Below, piece after piece: positions 18,719 to 29,107 of a stretch of DNA of 64,000 bases. The notes below the pieces were generated by a model. It worked only from the letters and a program-made list of their open reading frames with translations. It was not told the origin of the DNA and did not search any database. This stretch comes from Syntrophobacterales bacterium (GTDB lineage Bacteria > Desulfobacterota > Syntrophobacteria > BM002), in contig JASFEM010000001.1 of the NCBI GenBank assembly GCA_050124835.1, positions 15,280-79,279 on the forward strand, read 5' to 3'. The translations under genes were made by a program, and so were the position numbers. Every line of letters begins with the position of its first letter. Within the stretch, counting starts at the first letter, position 1.

Positions 18719-19345
18719 ACTATCCTCCTTAGGTAATCTTATTCGTTTTTTCTCAGTCCGTTTCTTAGAAGAAACTTGCCCTGTCGGCCTATCCCTTTGG
18801 CCAACCAGACACAACAAGACTATAAGCTATCTCAGCCGCACCAGGTTCTAATAGTGGTTCTTGAAATAGAGTGCAATATGGAAGATCGCTTTCACTATGT
18901 CTGGGCTTGGGGAGAAAAGTTTAAAAACTTACAGCATCACAAGTGAGTCATGTGGTCAAGCAAATTTGGTGCCTCAAAAGCGAACTATGTCGGTCAAAGA
19001 ATAACTAATTGAAAATATTAATTATTTTTCGTCTCATAAATTATAACCCGGCTATGGCTAAGAAAAAACGCATATTTTTCTTTGCACCATGTAGATGTCT
19101 CTGGGCCTTCAATCAGTTAAGCTGTGTAACCTGAGGGGTGTGAAAGATGAGAATTGCACTGCATAAAAAAAATTGCATCATACGCGATTCTAGACTGCGA
19201 TTCCCTTGACATAGTGAGGGAAACACATCTAGAGTGATTGAGGATTGTAGATTTTAGATTTAAGAACGAACCCTTGGGATGTATCAATTTATCGGGAACC
19301 CTCAATCTGAAATCTGAAATCTGAAATCTCAAAAAGGAGGACCCC

Positions 19346-20452
19346 ATGCCGAGTCAGGTATTTGCCATGGATTTGCGGGCTAGCTTACAGGAAAACCTTT
19401 ACGTCAAGCTGGATCGGTTGCTCGATGCTGCTGGGCTCGATGACATTATCAAGGAAAGGCATTTGATTGCCATTAAGCTCCACTTTGGCGAGAAGGGCAA
19501 TACGGCCTACATCCCACCCACTCATTTACGTCATTTGGTCAATCGAGTCCAGAACTTGGGAGGCAAACCCTTTTTAACCGATACGAACACGCTCTACGTG
19601 GGTAGCAGAACCAACAGCGTGGATCATATCACCACGGCCATCCAAAATGGCTTTGCCTATGCTGTGGCCGGTGCGCCTCTGACCATCGCTGACGGTCTGA
19701 GAGGCAACGCTGAGGTTGCCGTAACAGTGAATATGCCTATCTATGACGAAGTCTATATAGGCTCGGATGTGGTGCAGGCAGACGCCCTCATCAGCGCCGC
19801 CCACTTCAAAGGACATGAACTTGCAGGGTTTGGCGGAACGATTAAAAATTTAGGTATGGGCTGTGCCTCCAGAAAAGGAAAACTTGCCCAACATTGCGAA
19901 ATTTCGCCCGAATTCGACGCCAAAAAGTGTATCGGCTGTGGTGAATGCGTGACCCACTGTCCTGCTGAAGCAATCGAACTGCTAAAGAAAAAAGCCAAAA
20001 AGGATTCCGAGAAATGTATCGGCTGCGGCGAGTGCGTAGCAGTTTGCCCGGAAGAGGCTGTCTCCATCCCCTGGGATAGCGACACGGCTCGATTTCAGAA
20101 AAAGATGGTAGAGTACACCGTGGGAGTCCTCAAAGGCAAGGAAGACCGTACTTTCTACCTCAGTTTCGTCAGCCGGGTAACTCCGCAGTGCGACTGCTAT
20201 GGCTTTAGTGATGTCCCGCTGGTAAGAGACCTGGGTATTCTGGCAAGCAAAGATCCGGTGGCCATCGATCAGGCTTCAGTGGATCTAGTCAATGCGCAAC
20301 CCGCTTTGGCTGACTGCTGCCTCGAGAACAACAGAGGGCCTGGTGAGGACAAGTTCCGCGGCGTCTATCCTCACATTGACTGGTCTGTCCAGTTGGGTTA
20401 CTCAGAAGAGTTGGGGTTGGGCAGTAGGGAATACAAGCTTGAGTATGTGTAG
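19346..20452 (+). CDS. DUF362 domain protein with two 4Fe-4S ferredoxin motifs.
   Basis: 368 aa. DUF362-like N-terminus, then CIGCGECVTHCP and CIGCGECVAVCP. Confidence 0.75.
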   Translation: MPSQVFAMDLRASLQENLYVKLDRLLDAAGLDDIIKERHLIAIKLHFGEKGNTAYIPPTHLRHLVNRVQNLGGKPFLTDTNTLYVGSRTNSVDHITTAIQNGFAYAVAGAPLTIADGLRGNAEVAVTVNMPIYDEVYIGSDVVQADALISAAHFKGHELAGFGGTIKNLGMGCASRKGKLAQHCEISPEFDAKKCIGCGECVTHCPAEAIELLKKKAKKDSEKCIGCGECVAVCPEEAVSIPWDSDTARFQKKMVEYTVGVLKGKEDRTFYLSFVSRVTPQCDCYGFSDVPLVRDLGILASKDPVAIDQASVDLVNAQPALADCCLENNRGPGEDKFRGVYPHIDWSVQLGYSEELGLGSREYKLEYV

Positions 20453-20465
20453 ATTAGTTTAAAAA

Positions 20466-20545
20466 ATCCCCCTTTAAAAAAGGGGGACTTTTCCGGACCC
20501 CAACGAATCTTTTGCCCCCCTTTTCTAAAGGGGGGTTGGGGGGAT
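20466..20545 (+). terminator. Tandem hairpin terminators downstream of the DUF362 gene.
   Basis: CCCCCTTT-AAA-AAAGGGGG followed by CTTTT. A second hairpin CCCCCCTTTTCTAAAGGGGGG follows. Confidence 0.55.
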
Positions 20546-20586
20546 TTGCCCCAAGCGATTGATCCTCCATTTTATCAGGCAACTGA

Positions 20587-21084
20587 ATGATCCTTAGAAC
20601 CTTACGACATAACACAATTTGGGCCAAGATTCTCACTCTTTGCTGCTTCTTTATCTTCTGCCCCAGAGCAGCCTGGGCCCTCCAAACGCACCCGGCCCCG
20701 GAGGGCCTTTATGCTCATATGCTGGCGCACCTCTTCTTTATTGCCACCCTGGGTATATTCACCTACTGGCTGCAGACCACCGGGCTAGTCAGAGAAAGGG
20801 GCTGGCGTCTGATCCAAATCTCCTGCCTCATGTTCATTTTGTGGAATCTGGACACCTTCACGGTTCATTGGATCGAACATACCATGACAAAAGAGATGTT
20901 CATTACCACTGGACTCGACTGGTCACGAAGGCTTGCCTTGACCGGAGGTCTGCGGAGCTGGGTGTATTATTTTGGCAAATTTGATCATTTACTCTGTGTG
21001 CCCGCCATGCTTTTCCTTGTATTTGGCCTACGCGATCTTTATAGAAAAACGGGCACTGAGGGGCTTTCACATCATGAGCAATAG
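20587..21084 (+). CDS. Integral membrane protein (hypothetical, signal peptide plus TM helices), translationally coupled to the downstream histidine kinase.
   Basis: 165-aa hydrophobic ORF. Its stop codon overlaps the ATG of the kinase gene by 11 nt. Confidence 0.6.
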   Translation: MILRTLRHNTIWAKILTLCCFFIFCPRAAWALQTHPAPEGLYAHMLAHLFFIATLGIFTYWLQTTGLVRERGWRLIQISCLMFILWNLDTFTVHWIEHTMTKEMFITTGLDWSRRLALTGGLRSWVYYFGKFDHLLCVPAMLFLVFGLRDLYRKTGTEGLSHHEQ

Positions 21085-22597
21085 TCTCCCCCTCTTTCCA
21101 GTGTGGTTTGTTGATATAGTGGGTTCGGCCCTGATGATCATCATCTCCTTTGTCTGCGTCCGCTACGCCCAATTGCTTCGTCGAACTGACAGAGACAACG
21201 TTATCTGGACTTATCTGCTCTGGCTCTCTTTGGCCTTGGCTCTTTTTTCCGTCTCGCGTTCAGTGGGCCACATTGCTAAACGGTTGCTACTTCTTGCAGG
21301 ACATAGTGACATCTGGGTGGCACTTAGACCTTATAGCGGCTCGATCAACAGCTTGACCTTCGTTATTGCGGGCAGCATAACTCTCTTTTTTCAAAGAGTT
21401 CACCGGATTAATGTCCAGATCCTCCAAGACAAAAAGGCCATCGAAAAAGCGAGTGAAGAACTCAGATGGCTCAACCGAAATTTGGAAGATATGGTACGGC
21501 AGCGCACGCAGGAACTCAGCAAATCCGAGGAAAAGTATCGGCGCATATTCGAAGGATCCATGGACATTATTCTAGTTCTCGACCCGGGAGGCAGATTCTT
21601 GGACATAAACCAGGCCGGGCTCAGTATCCTAGGATATGGGTCAAAGGATGAACTGGCCTCCAGCGCAACCTTTGCTGACATAATTGTCTCACCCCAAAAT
21701 CCTCAACATTTGCTGGAAGAGACCGCGGCCGCCGGCTTCCGCAAAGACCTGGAATGTGAAGTACGGAACCGGGAGGGGGAGATTCGGGTCTGGCTTTTTA
21801 GTTTGACAGTCAGGAAAAAGACCGCGGGGGAGATAGCAGGATTCGAGGGCATTGCCAAGGATATAACCCTTCGTAAGAAGATGGAGCAACAGCTACTCCA
21901 GGCAGATCGGTTAGCCTCGCTGGGAGAGCTTTCTGCCGGTGTGGCCCACGAGGTCAATAACCCTCTTGGCATGATACTTGGCTATACCCAGTTAATGCTT
22001 CGTACCGAGCCGCAGGATACCCAGAATTTTCAGGATCTCAAAACCATTGAAAAACACACACGAAACTGTAAAAAGATTGTCGAGGATCTCCTAAATTTTG
22101 CTCGTAACGCGGAAACCCAAAAGGGGCGACTTGACATCAATGAACTTCTCCGGGAAGTTGTCTCGGTGGTAGAGCACCAATTTAAACTGGACAACGTCGC
22201 CATAGAAATCCAGCTTGACACCTCTGTTCCCACGCTCTGGGCCGACGGCGAGAAACTGAAGCAGGTGTTCATGAACCTCTTGATGAACGCTAAGCAGTCC
22301 ATTGCTACCTCAGGGCGTATCCAGATTGGTACAAGCCATGATTCGTCTGAAAATAAGATCGTCGTCACGGTGGCTGACACAGGTTCGGGCATAGATCCTG
22401 AAATTTTGGACAAGATTTTCGATCCCTTTTTTACCACCAAACCCACCGGACACGGCACTGGTTTGGGGTTGTCGGTGAGTTATGGTATCGTCAAAGATCA
22501 CCATGGCGACGTAGTTGTCCAAAGTACACTTGAAAAGGGGAGTATATTTACTGTCTTCCTACCCATCGACGGGGAGGGTAGTGAAGAAGCTTGTTGA
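21074..22597 (+). CDS. PAS-domain sensor histidine kinase (membrane-anchored).
   Basis: N-terminal TM segments, a coiled coil, a PAS-like region, the HisKA motif [16 protein letters not shown], and HATPase_c motifs DTGSGI and GTGLGLS. Confidence 0.88.
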   Translation: MSNSLPLFPVWFVDIVGSALMIIISFVCVRYAQLLRRTDRDNVIWTYLLWLSLALALFSVSRSVGHIAKRLLLLAGHSDIWVALRPYSGSINSLTFVIAGSITLFFQRVHRINVQILQDKKAIEKASEELRWLNRNLEDMVRQRTQELSKSEEKYRRIFEGSMDIILVLDPGGRFLDINQAGLSILGYGSKDELASSATFADIIVSPQNPQHLLEETAAAGFRKDLECEVRNREGEIRVWLFSLTVRKKTAGEIAGFEGIAKDITLRKKMEQQLLQADRLASLGELSAGVAHEVNNPLGMILGYTQLMLRTEPQDTQNFQDLKTIEKHTRNCKKIVEDLLNFARNAETQKGRLDINELLREVVSVVEHQFKLDNVAIEIQLDTSVPTLWADGEKLKQVFMNLLMNAKQSIATSGRIQIGTSHDSSENKIVVTVADTGSGIDPEILDKIFDPFFTTKPTGHGTGLGLSVSYGIVKDHHGDVVVQSTLEKGSIFTVFLPIDGEGSEEAC

Positions 22598-22670
22598 GAC
22601 ATATCGCAAAAGGAATAGGACAGCCTACGGGGACCTGTAGTCTCTGTGAAAGCCAGCCTAAAACGTTATT

Positions 22671-24074
22671 ATGACTGAAGAGGTAAAAGACAGACTGCTC
22701 GTTGTTGATGATGAGACCGACATGCTTCATTTACTACAGCGAAGTATTCGTCAAGACCTCGATTGTGAAATTGATACGGCTACCTCCGGGAAGGAGGCCC
22801 TGAGATTGCTCGAGAGGAAAAACTATGATTTGGCCCTGGTGGACATTCGGATGTCTGGAATGGATGGCATTGAACTGCTCGAGCGTGTCAAACAGATCAA
22901 CCCTTGGATGACCGTAGTGATGATGACCGCTCATGGAGTGGTGGAGCTGGCAGTTAAATCCATCAAAAAGGGCGCGTACGATTTCATCACCAAACCATTT
23001 GATCATGCGGAACTCATCCACCTGCTGCGCAAAGCCTTGGAGCGTAGTCAGCTTCTCCGAGAGAATCTGAATCTTCAGCGGCGGATTAAAGAGAGAGAGC
23101 CGTTTGAGAATCTGGTCGGTCGCAGCCAAGCCATGCAGCGAGTCTACCAGACCATCCAGATGATAGCCAAAACCGATGTTACTGTTCTCATCACCGGAGA
23201 ATCCGGTACTGGCAAGGATCTGGCGGCCAGGGCAATCCATGCTCTTAGTCATCGCTCTGACCAGTCCTACGTAACGGTGAACTGTCCCACCCTGCCGGAA
23301 AATATTCTGGAAAGCGAACTCTTTGGCTACAAGAAAGGCGCATTTACCGATGCCAGCAGTGACAAGATCGGACTGTTTGAGGAAGCCCGGGGTGGTACGA
23401 TTTATCTAGATGAAATTGGTGACATCGCTCCGACCATTCAGACCAAACTGTTGAGGGTGCTCCAGGAAAAAGAGATCAAACCCTTGGGTCAGACCAAATC
23501 AATCAAGGTGGATGTCAGAGTTGTTGCCTCCACCAATCGTGAGCTCAAAGAAAAAATTCGTAATCAGGAGTTCAGAGAAGATCTCTTTTACCGATTAAAT
23601 GTGCTTACGGTTCACATGCCTCCCTTGCGAGAACGCAAGGAAGACATTCCCCTCTTAGCTGAACACTTCCTTAAATACTACTGCGAGGAGTTCGGCAAAC
23701 CGTCCAAATCTTTATCCCCGGAGCTCATGGATTTACTTTTGCGGCGGAACTGGGAGGGCAACGTCAGAGAACTGGAAAACATAATCAACCGAGCAATTCT
23801 TCTTTCGACTGGGGATGTTATCAAGCCTTACGAAATAGGCTGGACTGCTGAGGTATCTGATAGCTGCGTGGTGGGAAGGGAGATTCAAGGGATGCATTAC
23901 AAAGCGGCGAAGGAGGAGGTACTTCACCGCTTCCACGCTGAGTATTTGGGAGATCTTCTGCGCCGCAACAACGGAAATGTTACCCATTCAGCCCGCGAAT
24001 GTGGACTGGAAAGACAGGCCCTGCAACAAATAATGAGACGCTACGGTCTCAAATCTCAAGATTTCCGCTCCTAG
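22671..24074 (+). CDS. Sigma-54-dependent response regulator (NtrC/AtoC family: receiver, AAA+ and Fis-type HTH).
   Basis: Receiver LVVDDE...D, Walker A GESGTGKD, GAFTDA, ESELFGY, and a C-terminal HTH. Confidence 0.92.
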   Translation: MTEEVKDRLLVVDDETDMLHLLQRSIRQDLDCEIDTATSGKEALRLLERKNYDLALVDIRMSGMDGIELLERVKQINPWMTVVMMTAHGVVELAVKSIKKGAYDFITKPFDHAELIHLLRKALERSQLLRENLNLQRRIKEREPFENLVGRSQAMQRVYQTIQMIAKTDVTVLITGESGTGKDLAARAIHALSHRSDQSYVTVNCPTLPENILESELFGYKKGAFTDASSDKIGLFEEARGGTIYLDEIGDIAPTIQTKLLRVLQEKEIKPLGQTKSIKVDVRVVASTNRELKEKIRNQEFREDLFYRLNVLTVHMPPLRERKEDIPLLAEHFLKYYCEEFGKPSKSLSPELMDLLLRRNWEGNVRELENIINRAILLSTGDVIKPYEIGWTAEVSDSCVVGREIQGMHYKAAKEEVLHRFHAEYLGDLLRRNNGNVTHSARECGLERQALQQIMRRYGLKSQDFRS

Positions 24075-24183
24075 CCGCTGTGCGGTGCCGTTTCGAAGAT
24101 GCAGCCCATTTTACAACCAGCCACTGCCCTAGGGTCGGTATTGCTCACCCCGCAGAACTGCTGAATCGCGGCTGCCTGCCACC

Positions 24184-24259
24184 CCGCCCGCCTCGCCTTG
24201 CCCGCCCGGCAATCGCCTGAGGCGAAGCCGATGGCGGACGGCCAAGGCGAGGCGGGCGG
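24184..24259. repeat. Perfect 17-bp inverted repeat (CCGCCCGCCTCGCCTTG / CAAGGCGAGGCGGGCGG) upstream of lpd.
   Basis: The two arms are exact reverse complements separated by 42 bp. A 15-mer aagccgctcccacag shared with the livM upstream region follows at 24263-24277. Confidence 0.6.
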
Positions 24260-24301
24260 GGAAAGCCGCTCCCACAGGATACCTTTTAGGAGACGTTCAT
24301 C

Positions 24302-25699
24302 ATGCCTCAATATGATACGGTGATTCTAGGGGCCGGACCCGGTGGCTATGTGGCAGCTATTCGGGGAGCCCAATTAGGCGCCAAAGTCTGCATCATTGAA
24401 AAGGAACTGGTGGGCGGAACCTGTCTCAACTGGGGCTGCATTCCCACCAAGGCCATGTACAAATCCGCGGTCTTATTTCAACAAATGCGCAATGCGGAAG
24501 CATTTGGCTTGAGTTGCGACCGGCCTCTCGCCCATTTAGACAAAATTGTCAGCCGGAATCAGCAGATCGTCGCAGAGCTCAGAGAGGGAGTTGAACGATT
24601 GTTCACGAAACACAAGGTTAACCTGATCGTGGGCAGGGGTCAGGTGAGCGGCCCTGGCGAGATTGAGGTTGTGACGGAGGATGGACAAAACCTGACGGTT
24701 CGTGGCACCCAGCTCATCATAGCCACTGGCTCTGAACCCCTTTCCCTGGATCTTTTGCCCTGGGACCATCAAAAGGTATTCAACACCCGTAGCATCCTGG
24801 AATTGACCCGAATTCCCCAAAGCCTATTTATTTTGGGCGGCGGTGTCTCCGGCTGTGAATTCGCCCTTCTATTCGGTGCGCTGGGCTCCACAATTCACAT
24901 GACCAAACGCAGCAAGGAACCGATTAAAGGACTTGATCGGGATATTAATAGAGCACTGATTCGAGCGCTAAAAAAACGAAAAGTCAAACTGCATCTTGGA
25001 GACCCTCCCGTCTCTGGATCCCACACATCATCCGGAGTGGAAATCGTGCTTAGCTCGGGCAAACGGATCGAGACGGAAGCAGTGCTCGTTACGGTGGGAA
25101 GAGCGCCAGTTTCTCACAGGATAGGGCTGAATCAAACTGGCGTCAATTTGCAGCATAGCTATGTTCAGGTAGATGAACACTGTCAGACCAACGTGCCTGG
25201 GGTTTACGCCATCGGAGACGTTACAGGCAAAAAAGAACTCGCTCACTTTGCCTCTCATCAGGGAATCGTGGCAGTGGAGCATGGCTTGGGAAATCAGGAA
25301 GCAAAAGTGGAAGAAGACGGTGTGCCTGTGGCCATATTTACCAGTCCGGAGGTTGCCAGCGTTGGACTTACCAGTCAACAGTGTGATGAGCGGGGCATTG
25401 GTTATCTCGAGGGATCGTTTCCTTTTCGCGCCCTCGGCAAATCGCATGCTATCGGTGAAATAGACGGTTTTGTAAAAGTGATCGCCCGGAACACCGATGA
25501 AAAGATAATCGGCATCCATATCATAGGCCCGGATGCCAGCACATTGATTGCTGAATGTACCGTCGCGGTTAATCAGGGCGTGACCCTTAGTAAAATGGCT
25601 CGAACCATACATGCGCACCCAACTGTTGCGGAAGCGCTGTGGGAAGCTGTTGAGGATGCCAGGGGATTGTCGATACATAAACTGGACCTCGGTTTGTAG
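24302..25699 (+). CDS. lpd: Dihydrolipoyl dehydrogenase.
   Basis: FAD motif GAGPGGY, redox-active CLNWGCIPTK, and an NAD motif. Confidence 0.93.
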   Translation: MPQYDTVILGAGPGGYVAAIRGAQLGAKVCIIEKELVGGTCLNWGCIPTKAMYKSAVLFQQMRNAEAFGLSCDRPLAHLDKIVSRNQQIVAELREGVERLFTKHKVNLIVGRGQVSGPGEIEVVTEDGQNLTVRGTQLIIATGSEPLSLDLLPWDHQKVFNTRSILELTRIPQSLFILGGGVSGCEFALLFGALGSTIHMTKRSKEPIKGLDRDINRALIRALKKRKVKLHLGDPPVSGSHTSSGVEIVLSSGKRIETEAVLVTVGRAPVSHRIGLNQTGVNLQHSYVQVDEHCQTNVPGVYAIGDVTGKKELAHFASHQGIVAVEHGLGNQEAKVEEDGVPVAIFTSPEVASVGLTSQQCDERGIGYLEGSFPFRALGKSHAIGEIDGFVKVIARNTDEKIIGIHIIGPDASTLIAECTVAVNQGVTLSKMARTIHAHPTVAEALWEAVEDARGLSIHKLDLGL

Positions 25700-25877
25700 G
25701 TCAGCAGGCAGTAAGGCGTGAATGGTCACGCGCAACAATACCGAACCAGAAACCACCTGGCGCAAGGCTTAGGGCGCAAGGCACAAGGAGTTGCCTTGTA
25801 AGGAAGATTTTTAAATTCCCTGAGCCTTTAGCCTTGAGCCTTATGCCTCAGACCAAATGACTATTGACCAATGACCA

Positions 25878-26621
25878 ATGACTAATGACCTACAAGATGG
25901 ATGGATCGTAAACCTCGGGCAGGCCAGGTACCTCGAGGTCCTCGACCTGCAGAGAAGACTGGTCGAACTGCGTCAGGGAAACTTTGTGCCTGACACTCTA
26001 CTGCTGGTGGAGCACGAACCGATCATAACCTTGGGTCGGCGTGGCAGCAAGGACAACATTCTGTCCCACGCTGAAGAGTTGGCCTCGCAGGGAATAAAAA
26101 TTCAAAGAGTTGAACGAGGAGGAGATGTCACCTACCATGGCCCCGGGCAGTTGGTCGTCTATCCCATCGTTCATCTGACTCAAAGAAACCTCTCCGTCCG
26201 TGGGTTTGTCGATTTGCTCGAAGAAATTATAATACAGGTTCTTGCCGATTTCGGCATTCAAGCTCACCGTGATCCGCAACACCGCGGCGTTTGGGTGGAG
26301 GACCTCAAAGTGGCTGCCCTCGGCGTTGCCATCAGGCGATGGGTCAGCTTTCATGGCATTGCTTTAAACGTCTCCCCCAATATGGATCATTTTTGCCATA
26401 TTCACCCCTGCGAGCTCAGAAGCGAGCAGGTGACTTCAATGGCCAAGTTGTTGAGAGAAACTCCCAGCATGGAACAGGTGGTCCAAAAGGTTGTGGGCAG
26501 ATTTGTTGAGCATTTTCCCGGAAGGTGGCGCGAAATTTCGCCCAATGAAGTCTTCGAAGGAAGCCGGATCAAGCGAGAGTTCGGGCGAACTCGCACGGCG
26601 GGGGTGGTTGCGAGCAGGTAA
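25878..26621 (+). CDS. lipB: Octanoyltransferase (lipoyl(octanoyl) transferase LipB).
   Basis: LipB motifs LLLVEHEPIITLGRRG, RGGDVTYHGPGQLV and a KV catalytic region. Confidence 0.88.
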   Translation: MTNDLQDGWIVNLGQARYLEVLDLQRRLVELRQGNFVPDTLLLVEHEPIITLGRRGSKDNILSHAEELASQGIKIQRVERGGDVTYHGPGQLVVYPIVHLTQRNLSVRGFVDLLEEIIIQVLADFGIQAHRDPQHRGVWVEDLKVAALGVAIRRWVSFHGIALNVSPNMDHFCHIHPCELRSEQVTSMAKLLRETPSMEQVVQKVVGRFVEHFPGRWREISPNEVFEGSRIKREFGRTRTAGVVASR

Positions 26622-26712
26622 ACCCCACCCCTACTCAAGTCCAAACTATATTATTTTTTGTGAGTCGCAACGGACTACGGACCACGGACTGCGGACAACA
26701 GGAGGAGGCGAC

Positions 26713-27102
26713 ATGACGAATGGGACATTGAAAATCAGCCAAGATCACGTCTATGTGCAAGCTAACGATGATGGTGCACAGGTGGGCATTTCCGACTTTG
26801 CTGCCGAGGCCCTCGGCACCATTATTTATGTGGAACTTCCAGAGGTTGGCGATGAGGTCATAAAGGGTGAACCTTTTGCCGCGGTGGAATCAGGAAAAGC
26901 CAGTGTTGAGCTCCCTGCACCCATATCGGGCAAAGTTCTTAAAGTGAATGAAGAGCTCGAAGACGCTCCTGACCTCATAAACCAAGACACCTATGGCAAG
27001 GGCTGGATCGCAGCCCTGGCCATTGAAGAGGTCACGGAACTCGACGAACTGATGAGCAAGGCTGACTATGATCTGTTCGTAGCTGGCGCCGAAGAAGGGT
27101 AG
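26713..27102 (+). CDS. gcvH: Glycine cleavage system H protein (lipoyl carrier).
   Basis: 130 aa with a GGAGGAGG RBS. Lipoyl-lysine motif ESGKASVELPAPISGKV. Confidence 0.88.
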   Translation: MTNGTLKISQDHVYVQANDDGAQVGISDFAAEALGTIIYVELPEVGDEVIKGEPFAAVESGKASVELPAPISGKVLKVNEELEDAPDLINQDTYGKGWIAALAIEEVTELDELMSKADYDLFVAGAEEG

Positions 27103-27124
27103 TTTGCGGAATAAACGCTTCCCT

Positions 27125-27823
27125 ATGATTCAGAAACCAATTCTTATTGTGGAAGACGATAAAAAGACCGCTTCACTAGTAGAACTCTATCTGCAGCGGG
27201 AAGGGTTCCAGACTGTTCTCGCTCTTGATGGTCGGGAAGCTCTGGAACTGGCTCGGCGTTACAACCCCATGCTTGTGGTTCTCGATCTTATGCTTCCCCT
27301 TGTCGATGGCTGGGAAGTCTGCCGGGAGCTCAGGAGTTGGTCGGATGTTCCTATCCTCATGCTCACCGCCAGAGGGGAAGAGGTGGACCGCATTTCGGGG
27401 CTGACATTGGGAGCTGATGATTATGTGGTGAAACCCTTCAGTCCACGGGAACTGGTGGCAAGGGTGAAAGCCATTCTCAGAAGAGTTCGTTCGGACACCA
27501 CTGCCAAAAGGACTGTCTGGTCACATAAAGATCTGGTTCTGGATCTGGATAAGCGCAAGGTGAGTTTAAGCGGGCGAGCAATTTCACTTACCGTTCATGA
27601 GTACAACCTCCTCAAAGCCTTGATGACCAGGCCCGGAAGGGTTTTTACTCGAGCAGAACTTCTGGACCGGCTTTATCCAGACGGTGAATCAGTAATAGAC
27701 CGCGTCATCGACGTCCATATTGGAAAGCTCAGGCAGAAGATCGAAAAGGACTCGTCGCGGCCTCGCCACATTCTCACGGTAAGAGGCATAGGATATCAGT
27801 TTGCCGAGGAGAGCGATTCATGA
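27125..27823 (+). CDS. OmpR-family response regulator (receiver plus winged helix).
   Basis: ILIVEDD, DLMLP and a trans_reg_C-like C-terminus. Confidence 0.9.
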   Translation: MIQKPILIVEDDKKTASLVELYLQREGFQTVLALDGREALELARRYNPMLVVLDLMLPLVDGWEVCRELRSWSDVPILMLTARGEEVDRISGLTLGADDYVVKPFSPRELVARVKAILRRVRSDTTAKRTVWSHKDLVLDLDKRKVSLSGRAISLTVHEYNLLKALMTRPGRVFTRAELLDRLYPDGESVIDRVIDVHIGKLRQKIEKDSSRPRHILTVRGIGYQFAEESDS

Positions 27824-27839
27824 ATGGGGGGATTGGGCC

Positions 27840-28925
27840 GTGACAAATCGAATCCTCTGGAAACTACTCGGGATTAATATCCTAGTCATTGGATTCGTTA
27901 TCATTATCGTATGGCTGGCGGTTGACTACCTCGCCGCCGGCTACTTCATGACTTTGATGGAGAAATACAATATCTCACCAACATCCAGCCACCAAATGTT
28001 CGTGAGCGCCGTTCACCGCTATTTGGTCTGGGCCAGTCTCGGCGCTCTTGTGCTGGCTGTTGGGTTCAGCTTCTTGCTCATGCGAAGAATTTTGCATCCT
28101 CTCACCCAGATGACTGAGATCACGAGCAAGATCGCATCTGGCAATTACTCAGCCAGCGTCCCTGTGAACTCTCAAGATGAAGTTGGCCGGTTGGCGCTTG
28201 CCTTTAACCGGATGGCTGAAAGTCTTCAGATGATTGAGCAACTACGGAAGACGATGATGATCGACGTGGCCCATGAGCTCAGGACTCCCCTAACCAACAT
28301 CAGAGGGTATCTCGAGGCCCTGACTGATGGCGTGGTCAGCCCCTCTGAGGAGACCTTCGAGTTGCTTCAGGAGGAGACCCTCCGGTTGGTACAATTAGTG
28401 GAAGATATCCTTCGGCTGGCCAAAGCTGACGCCGCCAAGGCAAGCCTTCGTCAAGTAGAGATCCATATTGTCGACCTGATTAAGCAAATGCTCGACTCGT
28501 TTCGTCCCCAACTCGAAGAAAAAGGGATCAGGCTGGAGACTCATTTTGCGAATGGCGAAAAAACCGTTTGGGCCGATCCCCACCATTTGTCGCAGGTGAT
28601 ACAAAATTTCCTGCAAAACTCCTGGCAGTATACTCCGTCAGGTGGAACGGTCACGGTCTCAACTGAGCTGATGCCAAGAGCGATCAAGGTTGTTTTTGCC
28701 AACACCGGTGGAGAAATAGCCGAAGATGATCTTCCCTATATATTCGAGCGTTTCTATCGAGGGGAAAAGTCTCGCTCGCGGGAGCACGGGGGTGCTGGCA
28801 TCGGTTTGGCCATAGTCAAAGAACTGGTCGAGGCCCACAGCGGCTCCGTCGGCGCTGAAATGCTCGCCGGTAGCATCCAGATCTGGTTTGAGCTTCCTTT
28901 GGACTCCCCGCGGAGGATAGATTGA
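27840..28925 (+). CDS. Sensor histidine kinase (TM-HAMP-HisKA-HATPase_c), partner of the OmpR-type regulator.
   Basis: HAMP, H-box VAHELRTPL and G-boxes. The GTG start at 27840 is inferred. The ORF track opens with TTG at 27801. Confidence 0.85.
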   Translation: MTNRILWKLLGINILVIGFVIIIVWLAVDYLAAGYFMTLMEKYNISPTSSHQMFVSAVHRYLVWASLGALVLAVGFSFLLMRRILHPLTQMTEITSKIASGNYSASVPVNSQDEVGRLALAFNRMAESLQMIEQLRKTMMIDVAHELRTPLTNIRGYLEALTDGVVSPSEETFELLQEETLRLVQLVEDILRLAKADAAKASLRQVEIHIVDLIKQMLDSFRPQLEEKGIRLETHFANGEKTVWADPHHLSQVIQNFLQNSWQYTPSGGTVTVSTELMPRAIKVVFANTGGEIAEDDLPYIFERFYRGEKSRSREHGGAGIGLAIVKELVEAHSGSVGAEMLAGSIQIWFELPLDSPRRID

Positions 28926-28957
28926 CCCACATATCCTCCCAGTGAAGCCCCACTGCA

Positions 28958-28990
28958 AATCTTTACACAATCTTTACAGTTTCTTTACAC
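28958..28990. repeat. Three-unit 11-bp tandem repeat (aatctttacac-like).
   Basis: aatctttacac aatctttacag tttctttacac is read directly from the sequence. Confidence 0.6.
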
Positions 28991-29045
28991 CATCCTTAAA
29001 TATCAGTCTTATTATTTATCCAAAGAAAACAACAAACCCCGGTCT

Positions 29046-29078
29046 CTTTGGACCGGAACCCTTTTATAACGTTAGAAT
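29046..29078 (+). terminator. Putative intrinsic terminator after the histidine kinase gene.
   Basis: CCGGTC-tctttg-GACCGG hairpin followed by AACCCTTTTAT. Confidence 0.45.
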
Positions 29079-29107
29079 TATATGGTTAGCAGCCGAGGAG
29101 GTATCTC

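Noticed and set aside
18621-19347. Small ORFs 18621-18851 (+) and 19117-19347 (-) in the divergent intergenic region
   Set aside because: They overlap the RBS and start region of the flanking genes. The region is AT-rich and promoter-like with heptamer repeats. There are no RBSs and no recognisable protein features.
20972-21073. Histidine kinase start at 20972, giving a 112-nt overlap with the upstream gene
   Set aside because: The internal ATG at 21074 gives an 11-nt stop/start overlap and an N-terminus that begins the TM region. The longer extension is out of frame with, and buried inside, the upstream membrane-protein gene.
24075-24301. Sigma-54 promoter upstream of lpd (gggtcggtattgct)
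   Set aside because: The GG-to-GC spacing is 10-11 rather than 12 and the -24 element is poor. Only the element at 30840 matches the consensus.
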